Shown here one piece after another: positions 18,766 through 26,721 of a stretch of 64,000 nt of DNA. This DNA comes from Candidatus Latescibacterota bacterium (lineage in GTDB: Bacteria; Latescibacterota; UBA2968; UBA8231): the NCBI GenBank assembly GCA_965203175.1, contig OZ241867.1, positions 1,696,001 to 1,760,000 of the forward strand. Reading direction: 5' to 3'. The notes under the pieces were generated by a model. It ran no database searches, was not told the DNA's origin, and saw only the letters and a program-made list of their open reading frames with translations. Position 1 is the stretch's first letter, and every line of letters begins with the position of its first letter. The position numbers and the translations under genes are program-made.

Positions 18766-20331
18766 TCAGCGCATGAGATCGGCGATGCGCTCGCCGATGG
18801 CCATCGAGGTAATGTTGGTGTTGGCGCGCACGCAGTCGGGCATGATGGCTGCGTCGGCGACGCGCAGGTTTTCGAGGCCGTGTACCCGGCCGTACTGATC
18901 GACGACGGCCATCAAATCGCTCGCCGGTCCCATCTTGCAGGTCGAGGAGACGTGGTGGCTGGTGCCCACTTCGCGCCGCATCCACTCGTCGAGCGCGTCG
19001 TCGGTGTCGAGTTCGGCGTCGGTGGGGCCGATGCGCTCGACGACAAGGGCGTCGAGTGCTTCGTGTTTGAGCATGTCGATGATGATGCGGATGGATTCGC
19101 GCAGCCGGCGGCAGTCTGAGGGCTCGGCCAAGTAGTTGTAGTCGAGCACGGGCTGCACGCGCGGGTCGGTGGAAGCCAGTTTGAGCTCACCTTTTCCCTC
19201 GGCCAAATAGATGCAGCCGACCAAGTAAAAGCCCAAGGGTTTGGAATGCGACGAGATGTAGTAGCCCTCGGTCGTGGCAAAGGAGGCCGGGATGATGAAC
19301 ATGTCGTTGCGCCAGTCCGATCCGGCGGCCGTGTAGCGCAAGCCGATTTGCAGCCGAGGCTCCGTGCCGTCGCCGAGGTACTCGTCCTTGGCCCGCAAAG
19401 TCACGCTCACTTGCGGATGATCGCGCAAATTCTGGCCGACACCGGACAGATCGCACACCACGTCAACACCCATTGCCTCTAAGTGCGCGGCCGGCCCGAC
19501 GCCCGACAGCAAGAGCAGGTGCGGCGAGCCAATCGCCCCGCCGCAGAGCACGATTTCTCCGCCGTGGACCGTGGAGAGGGCACCGTCGCGCTCGACGAGC
19601 AAGCCGGTGGCGCGCTGGCCGTCAAAAATCACTCGGTGGACGTGGGTATTGGCTTGAATGGTGAGGTTGGAGCGACCGCGAGCTGGGTTGAGGTAGCCGA
19701 TGTTGGTGCTCCAGCGGATGCTCTCGGCGTTGTTGAGAGCCAAGGGGCCGACGCCAGTAGAATCAGGGTCGTTGTGGTCGGGGCAGTCGGGGTAGCCAGC
19801 GGCGAGCGCGGCCTCGTAGAAGGCGCGGTGCTCGGGATTGAGTTCGTGGTCTTTGAACCGCCGCGCGCGGATGGGGCCGTCGGCACCGTGGTAGGGGGCG
19901 TCGCCGTAGTCGGGATCGGATTCGAGGCGGCACAAAAAGGGCAACAGGGCGTCGTGGCTCCACAGGTCGTTGCCCGCCGTCGCCCACGAGTCGTAATCTT
20001 CAGGCACTCCGCGCAGAAAAATCTGCGCGTTGACCGCACTCGACCCACCGACAATTTTGCCGCGCGGCACAAACATATCGGGGCGCAAATCCGTAGCCCG
20101 GGCGCGATACTCCCAGCCAAATCGGGTACTCAAGCCAAAGGCGCGATCCCAGATATTGCGGTCGCGCCCGTACGCATAGCGAATCTCCTCGGGCAAGTCT
20201 TCAACCGCAGCAAAATCCGGCCCGGCCTCCAGCAGTAAAACCGACCGACTCTGATCCTCGCTGAGCCGCGCCGCGAGCACCGCACCCGCCGCGCCCGCCC
20301 CGGCAATGACGACATCGTAAGACGCAGACAT
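18766..20331 (-). CDS. GMC-family FAD oxidoreductase (choline dehydrogenase/MftG-like)
   Basis: GAGAAG, LLEAG, RGKIVGGSSAVN, GAIGSP.LLLLSGVG, catalytic HH..STCKMG and NTN. Confidence 0.92.
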   Translation of the reverse strand: MSASYDVVIAGAGAAGAVLAARLSEDQSRSVLLLEAGPDFAAVEDLPEEIRYAYGRDRNIWDRAFGLSTRFGWEYRARATDLRPDMFVPRGKIVGGSSAVNAQIFLRGVPEDYDSWATAGNDLWSHDALLPFLCRLESDPDYGDAPYHGADGPIRARRFKDHELNPEHRAFYEAALAAGYPDCPDHNDPDSTGVGPLALNNAESIRWSTNIGYLNPARGRSNLTIQANTHVHRVIFDGQRATGLLVERDGALSTVHGGEIVLCGGAIGSPHLLLLSGVGPAAHLEAMGVDVVCDLSGVGQNLRDHPQVSVTLRAKDEYLGDGTEPRLQIGLRYTAAGSDWRNDMFIIPASFATTEGYYISSHSKPLGFYLVGCIYLAEGKGELKLASTDPRVQPVLDYNYLAEPSDCRRLRESIRIIIDMLKHEALDALVVERIGPTDAELDTDDALDEWMRREVGTSHHVSSTCKMGPASDLMAVVDQYGRVHGLENLRVADAAIMPDCVRANTNITSMAIGERIADLMR

Positions 20332-20359
20332 GAAATCCCCCTTCGTAGCTCAATCCTAT

Positions 20360-20456
20360 AGGCATGAGATGCTTCGACTCCGCTTTGCTCCGCTCAGCAT
20401 GACAGGTGATGACGCCCCATGCTGTCGTGCTGAGCGGCTAAGCATCTCATACCGCT
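20360..20456. repeat. palindromic REP/MITE-like element, copy 1
   Basis: GATGCTTCGACTCCGCTTTGCTCCGCTCAGCATGACA...TGTCGTGCTGAGCGG.TAAGCATC; an inverted homologue lies at 56558-56649. Confidence 0.8.
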
Positions 20457-20499
20457 TCTGTACTTTTAGTCTAATATAGGGAAGTCACAAGAGACGTTC

Positions 20500-21882
20500 C
20501 TACCCCAACTGTTCCGCCAATTCCTCCGCCGGATAGGTAATAATCTCCGCCAAGGTCGGATGATAATGGGGCATTTTAGCCAAATCCTGCACCGTCCCGC
20601 GAAAGTACATCACCGCGATCAACTCGTGAATCAGCTCTCCGGCCTCCGGGCCGACAATGTGGCCGCCGAGCACTTCGCCCGAGCGCGGGTCGCAGAGGAT
20701 TTTTACGTGGCCGCAGGTCTCGCCCATAGTCAGCGACTTGCCGTGGTCGTCAAAAGGGTAGCTGGCGACCAAATAGGGCCGGTCCGCAGCGCGGCAGTCC
20801 CGCTCGCTGAGGCCGACGCTGGCCACCTGCGGGTCGGTGAACACGACCACCGCGTTGAGGCGGTCGTCGAAGCGATGCTCGGGGCGGTCGGGATGCGTGG
20901 CGTTGTACGCGGCGATCTCGCCTTGCTCAATGGCGATGTGGACGACCTCGTGCTCGCCGTTGACGTCGCCGACGGCGTAGATGTGGGGCTGGCTGGTGCG
21001 CATGGCCGCATCGACGACAATGCGCCCGCCGGCGATCTCGACGCCAGCTTGGTCCAAGCCCAACCCGTCAATGAGCGGGCGGCGGCCGAGAGCTTGCAGG
21101 ACGAGGTCTGCCGAGGCCGTTTTCTCTGCGCCGCCGTGGGAAAAATGCGCAGTCTTGCGCCCGTTTTCCTCGGTAAATTGGCGCAACTGCGTGCCGGTGT
21201 ACACTTCCATGCCCTCCTCGCGGAAGCGCGCTTCAACCGGCCGCGCCAAATCCTCGTCACCAGCGGAGAGAATGTGATCGCTGCGCTGGATGAGCGTCAC
21301 CTGCGTGCCAATGCGCTGAAAAAACTGGGCCAGTTCGACGGCAATGGGACCGCCGCCGAGGACGAGGAGGCTCTCCGGCTGCTGGCACATGTCGAGGGCC
21401 TCGTCGCTGGTGAGGTAGCCGACGTGGTCCAGCCCTGGGATCGAGACGTGGTGGGGCGTAGAGCCGGTGGCGATGATAAACTGCCCGGCCTCAATGACGT
21501 CGTCGCCGGCTTGGAGCTTCTGCGGCGAGAGGAAACGCGCGCGCGCTTCGTAGAGCGCGAAGCGACCGTCGCTCAGTTGCTCGCGACGATAGGCGGCAAA
21601 GTCGGCGACCAGCCGCGCCTTGCGCTCGACGATGGCGGTTAAATCAGCGCGGACTTCCACCGGTGCTAGGCCAAACTCGGCGGAGCGGTCTAGATGCGAG
21701 GCTATTTCGGCGGAGCGCAGGATGGCCTTGCTAGGCATACAGCCGCGCAGAATGCACAGCCCCCCCCAAGGACCTTGGTCGATAACCGCGACATTGGTGC
21801 CAGCAGCGTGGGCCGTGCGCGCCGCGGCGTACCCGGCCGAGCCGCCGCCGATAATCGCAATGTCGCACTGCACAGTTGTCAT
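20500..21882 (-). CDS. pyridine nucleotide-disulfide oxidoreductase (dihydrolipoamide dehydrogenase/MerA-like)
   Basis: GGGSAG, redox-active GGLCILRGCMPSK, GGGPIAVE, AVGDV, HPTLAE; no C-terminal MerA Cys pair. Confidence 0.88.
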   Translation of the reverse strand: MTTVQCDIAIIGGGSAGYAAARTAHAAGTNVAVIDQGPWGGLCILRGCMPSKAILRSAEIASHLDRSAEFGLAPVEVRADLTAIVERKARLVADFAAYRREQLSDGRFALYEARARFLSPQKLQAGDDVIEAGQFIIATGSTPHHVSIPGLDHVGYLTSDEALDMCQQPESLLVLGGGPIAVELAQFFQRIGTQVTLIQRSDHILSAGDEDLARPVEARFREEGMEVYTGTQLRQFTEENGRKTAHFSHGGAEKTASADLVLQALGRRPLIDGLGLDQAGVEIAGGRIVVDAAMRTSQPHIYAVGDVNGEHEVVHIAIEQGEIAAYNATHPDRPEHRFDDRLNAVVVFTDPQVASVGLSERDCRAADRPYLVASYPFDDHGKSLTMGETCGHVKILCDPRSGEVLGGHIVGPEAGELIHELIAVMYFRGTVQDLAKMPHYHPTLAEIITYPAEELAEQLG

Positions 21883-21950
21883 AGTTTGTTTTTGTCCTAC
21901 TCTTGAACGGCTTGGTTTTTGTTTTACTGTTAAGCGATGAGGTTTGTTCC

Positions 21951-23150
21951 TTGAATGCACTACGCCCCATAGGCGCGGCTTTGCTCTGCTGCGCGCTGGC
22001 CCTGCCCGCTTGGAGCGAGGACTCCACCTATACGATGCGCGGCTTTGATGCGCGCATCCAGCGGGGTATAGACCTGATCTACAATCTGCGCTTTGCTGAG
22101 GCCGAGCGCCACTTTCAGGCCATCGTCGCGGCCGAGCCAGACAACCCGCTCGGCTACTTCTTTCGCGCGATGGTCTCCTGGTGGCGAATCCTCATCGACT
22201 TAGCCGACAAAACCCACGACGCGGAGTTCCACGCCCGGCTCAAGCAGTGCATTGAGGTCTGCGATCGGCGTCTAGAAAAAGACCCGATGGACTTCGACGC
22301 GATTCTCTTCAAGGGCGGTGCCATTGGTTTCCGCGGCCGCCTACACGGCGACAGAGAGCAGTACCTAAGGGCAGCGCGCGACGGATTGCGCGGCCTGCCC
22401 CTGCTGAAGAAGAGCCGTCAACTCGAACCGACCAACAAGGACATCCTCTTTGGACAGGGCCTGTATCACTACTTCGCCGAGGTCATGCCCCAACGTCACC
22501 GGATCCTCCGTCCAATCATGGCTTTTTTGCCCGACGGCGATCGCTCGCTAGGCCTCCAGCAACTCAAGGAAGTCGCCCGCGAGGGAGCCTACGCCCGCAC
22601 CGAGGCCGCCTACTTCCTCGGCCAAATCTACCGGATTTTTGAAAAGGACAACTGCAGAGCACTGCCCTATTTTGAGGAACTCTACAAGCGGTACCCGGAC
22701 AATGCAGTCTTCCACCGCTACGCCGCGCGGCTTATGGTCGAACTCGGCCGCTGGCGATCGGGGGTGGCGTTGTACGAAGAATACGTGCGGCGCAGCTTGG
22801 CCGACCAGACCGGCTATCACCGCCACGGCCGCTTGGAGGCGCATTACTACGCGGGCAAATACGCGTACTTTGAGCGGCGCTTTCCAGAGGCCGCCGATCA
22901 CCTAGCGGCAACCGACAGCCTCGCCGCCAATTCCGAGCGCAAGCGGGATCTCGCTTTTGCCGTGCTGGCCAACCTACTGCTCGGCCAAGTACACGACCTA
23001 GCGGGCCGCCGCGAGGACGCGGTTTTGCGCTACCAGCGGGTGCGGCGCTTGCCCGATCACGGGGACAGCCACCAACGGGCGCAGCACTATCTGCACGCGC
23101 CCTATCGCGAGGGCGCAGAGAAGGTCAATCCTGTCCCTCCAACCGAATGA
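21951..23150 (+). CDS. secreted tetratricopeptide-repeat protein
   Basis: Signal peptide and repeated TPR-like helices; TTG start after GAGG. Confidence 0.78.
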   Translation: MNALRPIGAALLCCALALPAWSEDSTYTMRGFDARIQRGIDLIYNLRFAEAERHFQAIVAAEPDNPLGYFFRAMVSWWRILIDLADKTHDAEFHARLKQCIEVCDRRLEKDPMDFDAILFKGGAIGFRGRLHGDREQYLRAARDGLRGLPLLKKSRQLEPTNKDILFGQGLYHYFAEVMPQRHRILRPIMAFLPDGDRSLGLQQLKEVAREGAYARTEAAYFLGQIYRIFEKDNCRALPYFEELYKRYPDNAVFHRYAARLMVELGRWRSGVALYEEYVRRSLADQTGYHRHGRLEAHYYAGKYAYFERRFPEAADHLAATDSLAANSERKRDLAFAVLANLLLGQVHDLAGRREDAVLRYQRVRRLPDHGDSHQRAQHYLHAPYREGAEKVNPVPPTE

Positions 23151-24957
23151 CCTCCTCGTGGTACACTCGCATCAGATCTGAGTGCATCAGATAGCCCCAA
23201 AACTCGCTTTCCCCCTCGTCTGTGGTCTGCACCACGGGCAGCTTGTCGTAGCCAGAGTCCAGCAGCTTTTGCAGGGCCTCGTGCAGGTTGTCCTCCGCGT
23301 CTATGGGCCGGACATCATCGACGACCATGTCTTCTATGAGGACTAGGTTGCGCAGCATCTCGTCTTCGGGCAGGTCGAGGTCTTCGAGGCTGATCATGCC
23401 GCGCAAGCCACCGCTGTCATCAGTGACGACAAAGTGCAGGTGGCCCAGCTTTTTGCTCAGGGAGCTCAGGGAAAAGTAGGACAGCCGATTGCTGACGATG
23501 GCCTCGGAGGTGTTTTTGAGGCGGGGGAATACTTCGCGGACTTGGAGATCGTGTAACACATTGACGGTTAGGTCTTTGATATGGGCTGGAGAGTGGAACT
23601 TATTTTGGACTTGGTTTTGATAGATGGAAAAGTTGCGCGCGAAGATCAGCGCGAGGGCGCTGACGACCATCAGCGGCGGCAGCAGGTGGTAGGAGCCGCT
23701 CATTTCGATGACGAGAATCAGGGCTGCTAGCGGCGTATTGGCCACCGCGCCGAAAAACGAGGCCATGCCCACCACGATATAAGCAGCCGGTTGGTGGACG
23801 ATGTCGGGAAAGTACTGTTGGCCCAGCAGGCCCACGGCACCGCCGAGCATCCCGCCGATAAAGAGCGAGGGGCCGAAGACGCCGCCCGAGCCGCCGCTGG
23901 AGATCGTGCAGCTAGAGGCGAAGATTTTGAGCAGGGCGAGGGCTAGGAAGGCGCGGATTGCGAGCTCGCCGTCGAGCCCCCGTTGGATGACGCCAAACCC
24001 ATCGCCCAGCACTTGCGGGTCGATAAAAGCCGCCACCCCCACCAGCAAGCCCCCGCAGCAGACGATCCAGTAGCGGGGCAGCGGCAGGCGGTCGAAGAGG
24101 GTGCGCGCAAGGCGCAGGGTCTTGACGTAAAAGATGCCGACCAAGGCGCAGAAAAACCCCAAGACTAGGTAGAAAACCAACTCGCGCACATCGGTGAACA
24201 GCAGGTCGGGCAGAGCGAAAATGTGCGAGAAGCCAAAGACAGCTATGTAGAGCGCGTAGGCGGCAAAAGAACTGATGACGCAGGGGATGAGCGCATCGCT
24301 TTCAAAGTCTTCGCGGTACAACACTTCCACGCTGGCGATCGCCGCGCCCAAGGGTGCGCGGAAAATGGCACCCAGCCCTCCGGCCGTGCCCGCCAGCAAC
24401 AAAATTCGCCGCTGGGCCACCGAGAGCTTGAGTTTATCGCCGACCCAAGAACCTAGGCCCGCGCCAATATGCACCAAAGGACCTTGCTGACCAGCGGCAC
24501 CACCGGAGGCGAGCGTGACGATGGTCGCCAGGGCCTTGACCGGAGCGACGATGGGGCGGATGTGGCCGCGCTGGTTGTGGAAGGCGTCGATCATGGCGTC
24601 GGTGCCCGCGCCTTGGGCTTCGGACGCGAAACGGTGTGTCAGGTAGCCGCCGAGCAGTCCGCCCAGCGCCGGCAGCAGCAGCAACAGCCACAAATACTCT
24701 CCGTAGGTGGGCGCGTCGAAGAAGGAAAAGTCGAATAGTGCCTTGTTGTGGGGATGGGTCTGGCGGTAGCCAGCCAGTTTCTCGACTAGCAGGAACTTGG
24801 CCAGTTCGAGGCCGTAGGTGAACAACACGGCACCCAAGCCGGCAATCAGGCCAATGAGCGCGCTGTAGAGATAGATGCGAGAGACGAACTCAAAGCCGAG
24901 CCAGTCGCGGACCAAGCGGGCGGCTGGACCCCGAGTCTGCGGGGCGGCTTCAGGCAT
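23125..24957 (-). CDS. CLC-family anion transporter/channel with C-terminal CBS domains
   Basis: GxGTD, SGG.AGxxGP, FRAPLG, GGSGGVFGP, ANTPL, SIY and a CBS pair. Confidence 0.92.
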   Translation of the reverse strand: MPEAAPQTRGPAARLVRDWLGFEFVSRIYLYSALIGLIAGLGAVLFTYGLELAKFLLVEKLAGYRQTHPHNKALFDFSFFDAPTYGEYLWLLLLLPALGGLLGGYLTHRFASEAQGAGTDAMIDAFHNQRGHIRPIVAPVKALATIVTLASGGAAGQQGPLVHIGAGLGSWVGDKLKLSVAQRRILLLAGTAGGLGAIFRAPLGAAIASVEVLYREDFESDALIPCVISSFAAYALYIAVFGFSHIFALPDLLFTDVRELVFYLVLGFFCALVGIFYVKTLRLARTLFDRLPLPRYWIVCCGGLLVGVAAFIDPQVLGDGFGVIQRGLDGELAIRAFLALALLKIFASSCTISSGGSGGVFGPSLFIGGMLGGAVGLLGQQYFPDIVHQPAAYIVVGMASFFGAVANTPLAALILVIEMSGSYHLLPPLMVVSALALIFARNFSIYQNQVQNKFHSPAHIKDLTVNVLHDLQVREVFPRLKNTSEAIVSNRLSYFSLSSLSKKLGHLHFVVTDDSGGLRGMISLEDLDLPEDEMLRNLVLIEDMVVDDVRPIDAEDNLHEALQKLLDSGYDKLPVVQTTDEGESEFWGYLMHSDLMRVYHEEVIRLEGQD

Positions 24958-25540
24958 GGGCGGTGGGCCGGCAGGTGGGACTGACGGCCTGCCATTGGCG
25001 CAGAACCTCAAAGACGAGGACGGCGCTGGCCGCGGCAACATTGAGGCTGTTTTTGTAGCCGTACATCGGAATCTCAACCAGCTCGTCGCAGCACTCAAGC
25101 GCTTCACAACTCACGCCAAGGGCTTCGTTGCCCACGATGAGGGCCAAGGGACGCGGATAGTCCAGCTCGGTGTAGCAGCGGCTTTGCGATGTCGTCTCCA
25201 GCGCCCACACCGGCACTTGGCGCGCGCGCAAGTGCTCAATGGCTTGTAGCGTGGTGGCGAAGTGGCGGGTCTCTATGTACGAGAGGGTGCCCAACGCCGT
25301 CTTGTCGAGCTTGGGATGGGGCGGATGGGCTGTGTAGCCGCAGGTGTAGATGCCGCTGAGGCGGCCCGCGTCGGCCGTGCGGAAGATCGAGCCGACATTG
25401 AAGGCACTGCGCAAATTATCGAGTACCAGATAGAGCGGGTGCTTGGGCAGGCGGGCGTATTCGTCGAGGGGCATCTCAGCGTCGAACGTGCGGACCTCAA
25501 AGCTGGTCTCCTTGCCGTAGTTGCCCGGCCGCAATTTCAC
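24950..25540 (-). CDS. TrmH/SpoU-family RNA 2'-O-methyltransferase
   Basis: LDNLRSAFNVGSIFRTAD, GNEALGV, IPMYG.KNSLNVA. Confidence 0.92.
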   Translation of the reverse strand: MKLRPGNYGKETSFEVRTFDAEMPLDEYARLPKHPLYLVLDNLRSAFNVGSIFRTADAGRLSGIYTCGYTAHPPHPKLDKTALGTLSYIETRHFATTLQAIEHLRARQVPVWALETTSQSRCYTELDYPRPLALIVGNEALGVSCEALECCDELVEIPMYGYKNSLNVAAASAVLVFEVLRQWQAVSPTCRPTAHA

Positions 25541-26574
25541 CCGACTTCCTCCGGGGACACGGGCCGCTGCTCGGCCGCGGAGAGCCGGGCGGCCTCAATG
25601 ACGATCATGGTCTGCCGCACGCTCTCGGCGGTGACGGCTAGCTCGACTCGACCGGCTAGCGCGTCGGCGATGTTTTCGTAGTAGGAACGCCAGCGACCGG
25701 GTGCCGTCTCCATGATGGTTTCCTCCGCTGACCTATAGAGGCGGGCGTAGTGTTCGGGTGCCTCTTCAGCCGCGTCGATGTCGCCGGCAATCATGGCCTT
25801 TTCCTGCGGGTCAACGCCCTCTTTGACCAGCGCGCCTTCTGTGCCCAGCACGTACCAGCGCGGCTTGGCTTTGCCCGCCAGCGACGAGGTCTCCACGCGC
25901 ACTTCGACGCCGTTGGCAAAGTGGAGCACGGCCAGCGCGTGGGACTCGACATCGATGCTGAGCGGGTCGCCGGAGTGGAAGGTGGCGTAAACCTTGGTCA
26001 GCGGCGCGTCGATGAGCTGGAGGGCTTGATCGACCAGATGCGCGCCTAGATCGAAGAATTTGCCGCCGCCGTGCCGCGCTATGCTGCGCCAACCGCGCGG
26101 GGGGCCGTATTGGCCCCAGAACATCTCCAGCAAAAAGGGCTCACCGAGCAGCCCTTGGGCCAGCGCATCTTTAACGGCGAGGAAATCCCCGTCCCAGCGG
26201 CGGTTCTGAAACACGCTGAGCAAGCGGTCGTGCGCTTGGCTAGCGGCGATCATCTGGTCGGCCTCGTCCATGCTCAAGCACATGGGCTTGTCGGTGACGA
26301 CGTGTTTGCCCGCTGCTAGCGCTTGGATGGCATGTGGGGCGTGGAGGTCGTTGGGCGTGGCGAGGACGACTAGATCGACGGCTGGATCGGCTAGCACTTC
26401 GTCGAAATGGCGGAAGGTCTTTACCCCCAAGTCGCGCTCAATCTGGTCGCGGGCCTCCGGCCGACTGGTGGCAATGCCGTAGAGGTTCAGGCCGCTGGCC
26501 AGCCCCACTAAATAGGCGTGGAAGCAGCGGCCAGCAAAGCCATAACCGATGACGGCGACATTGGGTTTTTCCAT
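25537..26574 (-). CDS. Gfo/Idh/MocA oxidoreductase (IolW/YdgJ-like)
   Basis: VIGYGFAG..FH, TPNDLH, DKP, FQNRRWDGDF, DLGAHLVDQ. Confidence 0.9.
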   Translation of the reverse strand: MEKPNVAVIGYGFAGRCFHAYLVGLASGLNLYGIATSRPEARDQIERDLGVKTFRHFDEVLADPAVDLVVLATPNDLHAPHAIQALAAGKHVVTDKPMCLSMDEADQMIAASQAHDRLLSVFQNRRWDGDFLAVKDALAQGLLGEPFLLEMFWGQYGPPRGWRSIARHGGGKFFDLGAHLVDQALQLIDAPLTKVYATFHSGDPLSIDVESHALAVLHFANGVEVRVETSSLAGKAKPRWYVLGTEGALVKEGVDPQEKAMIAGDIDAAEEAPEHYARLYRSAEETIMETAPGRWRSYYENIADALAGRVELAVTAESVRQTMIVIEAARLSAAEQRPVSPEEVG

Positions 26575-26721
26575 GATTTTACCTGTGAAAACGGGCGTTT
26601 TTGCGGCCGACAAATGGGCACTTATATTAAGAGAATTCAAAGGTTTGGGCAAGTTTTCAGGATGAGCGCAATGCGGATGCGGCGCGGATGAATCTGCATT
26701 CAACTAAATGAGTATCCCAGA

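Noticed and set aside
18766-20331. Mycofactocin cluster, suggested by the MftG-like GMC enzyme
   Set aside because: No mftA/B/C-like genes in the window.
20472-20490. GTGACTTCCCTATAT on the - strand resembling an oriIS end
   Set aside because: No flanking homology to copies A-D; more simply the -10 region (TATATT) of the GMC gene promoter.
20560-21642. Long antisense ORFs (for example 20560-21642, 5339-6190, 13913-14713, 48442-49233, 50065-50883)
   Set aside because: Shadow frames of well-supported genes in GC-rich DNA, with no recognisable motifs.
20500-21882. Mercuric reductase call
   Set aside because: No C-terminal Cys-Cys pair, no NmerA domain and no mer genes nearby.
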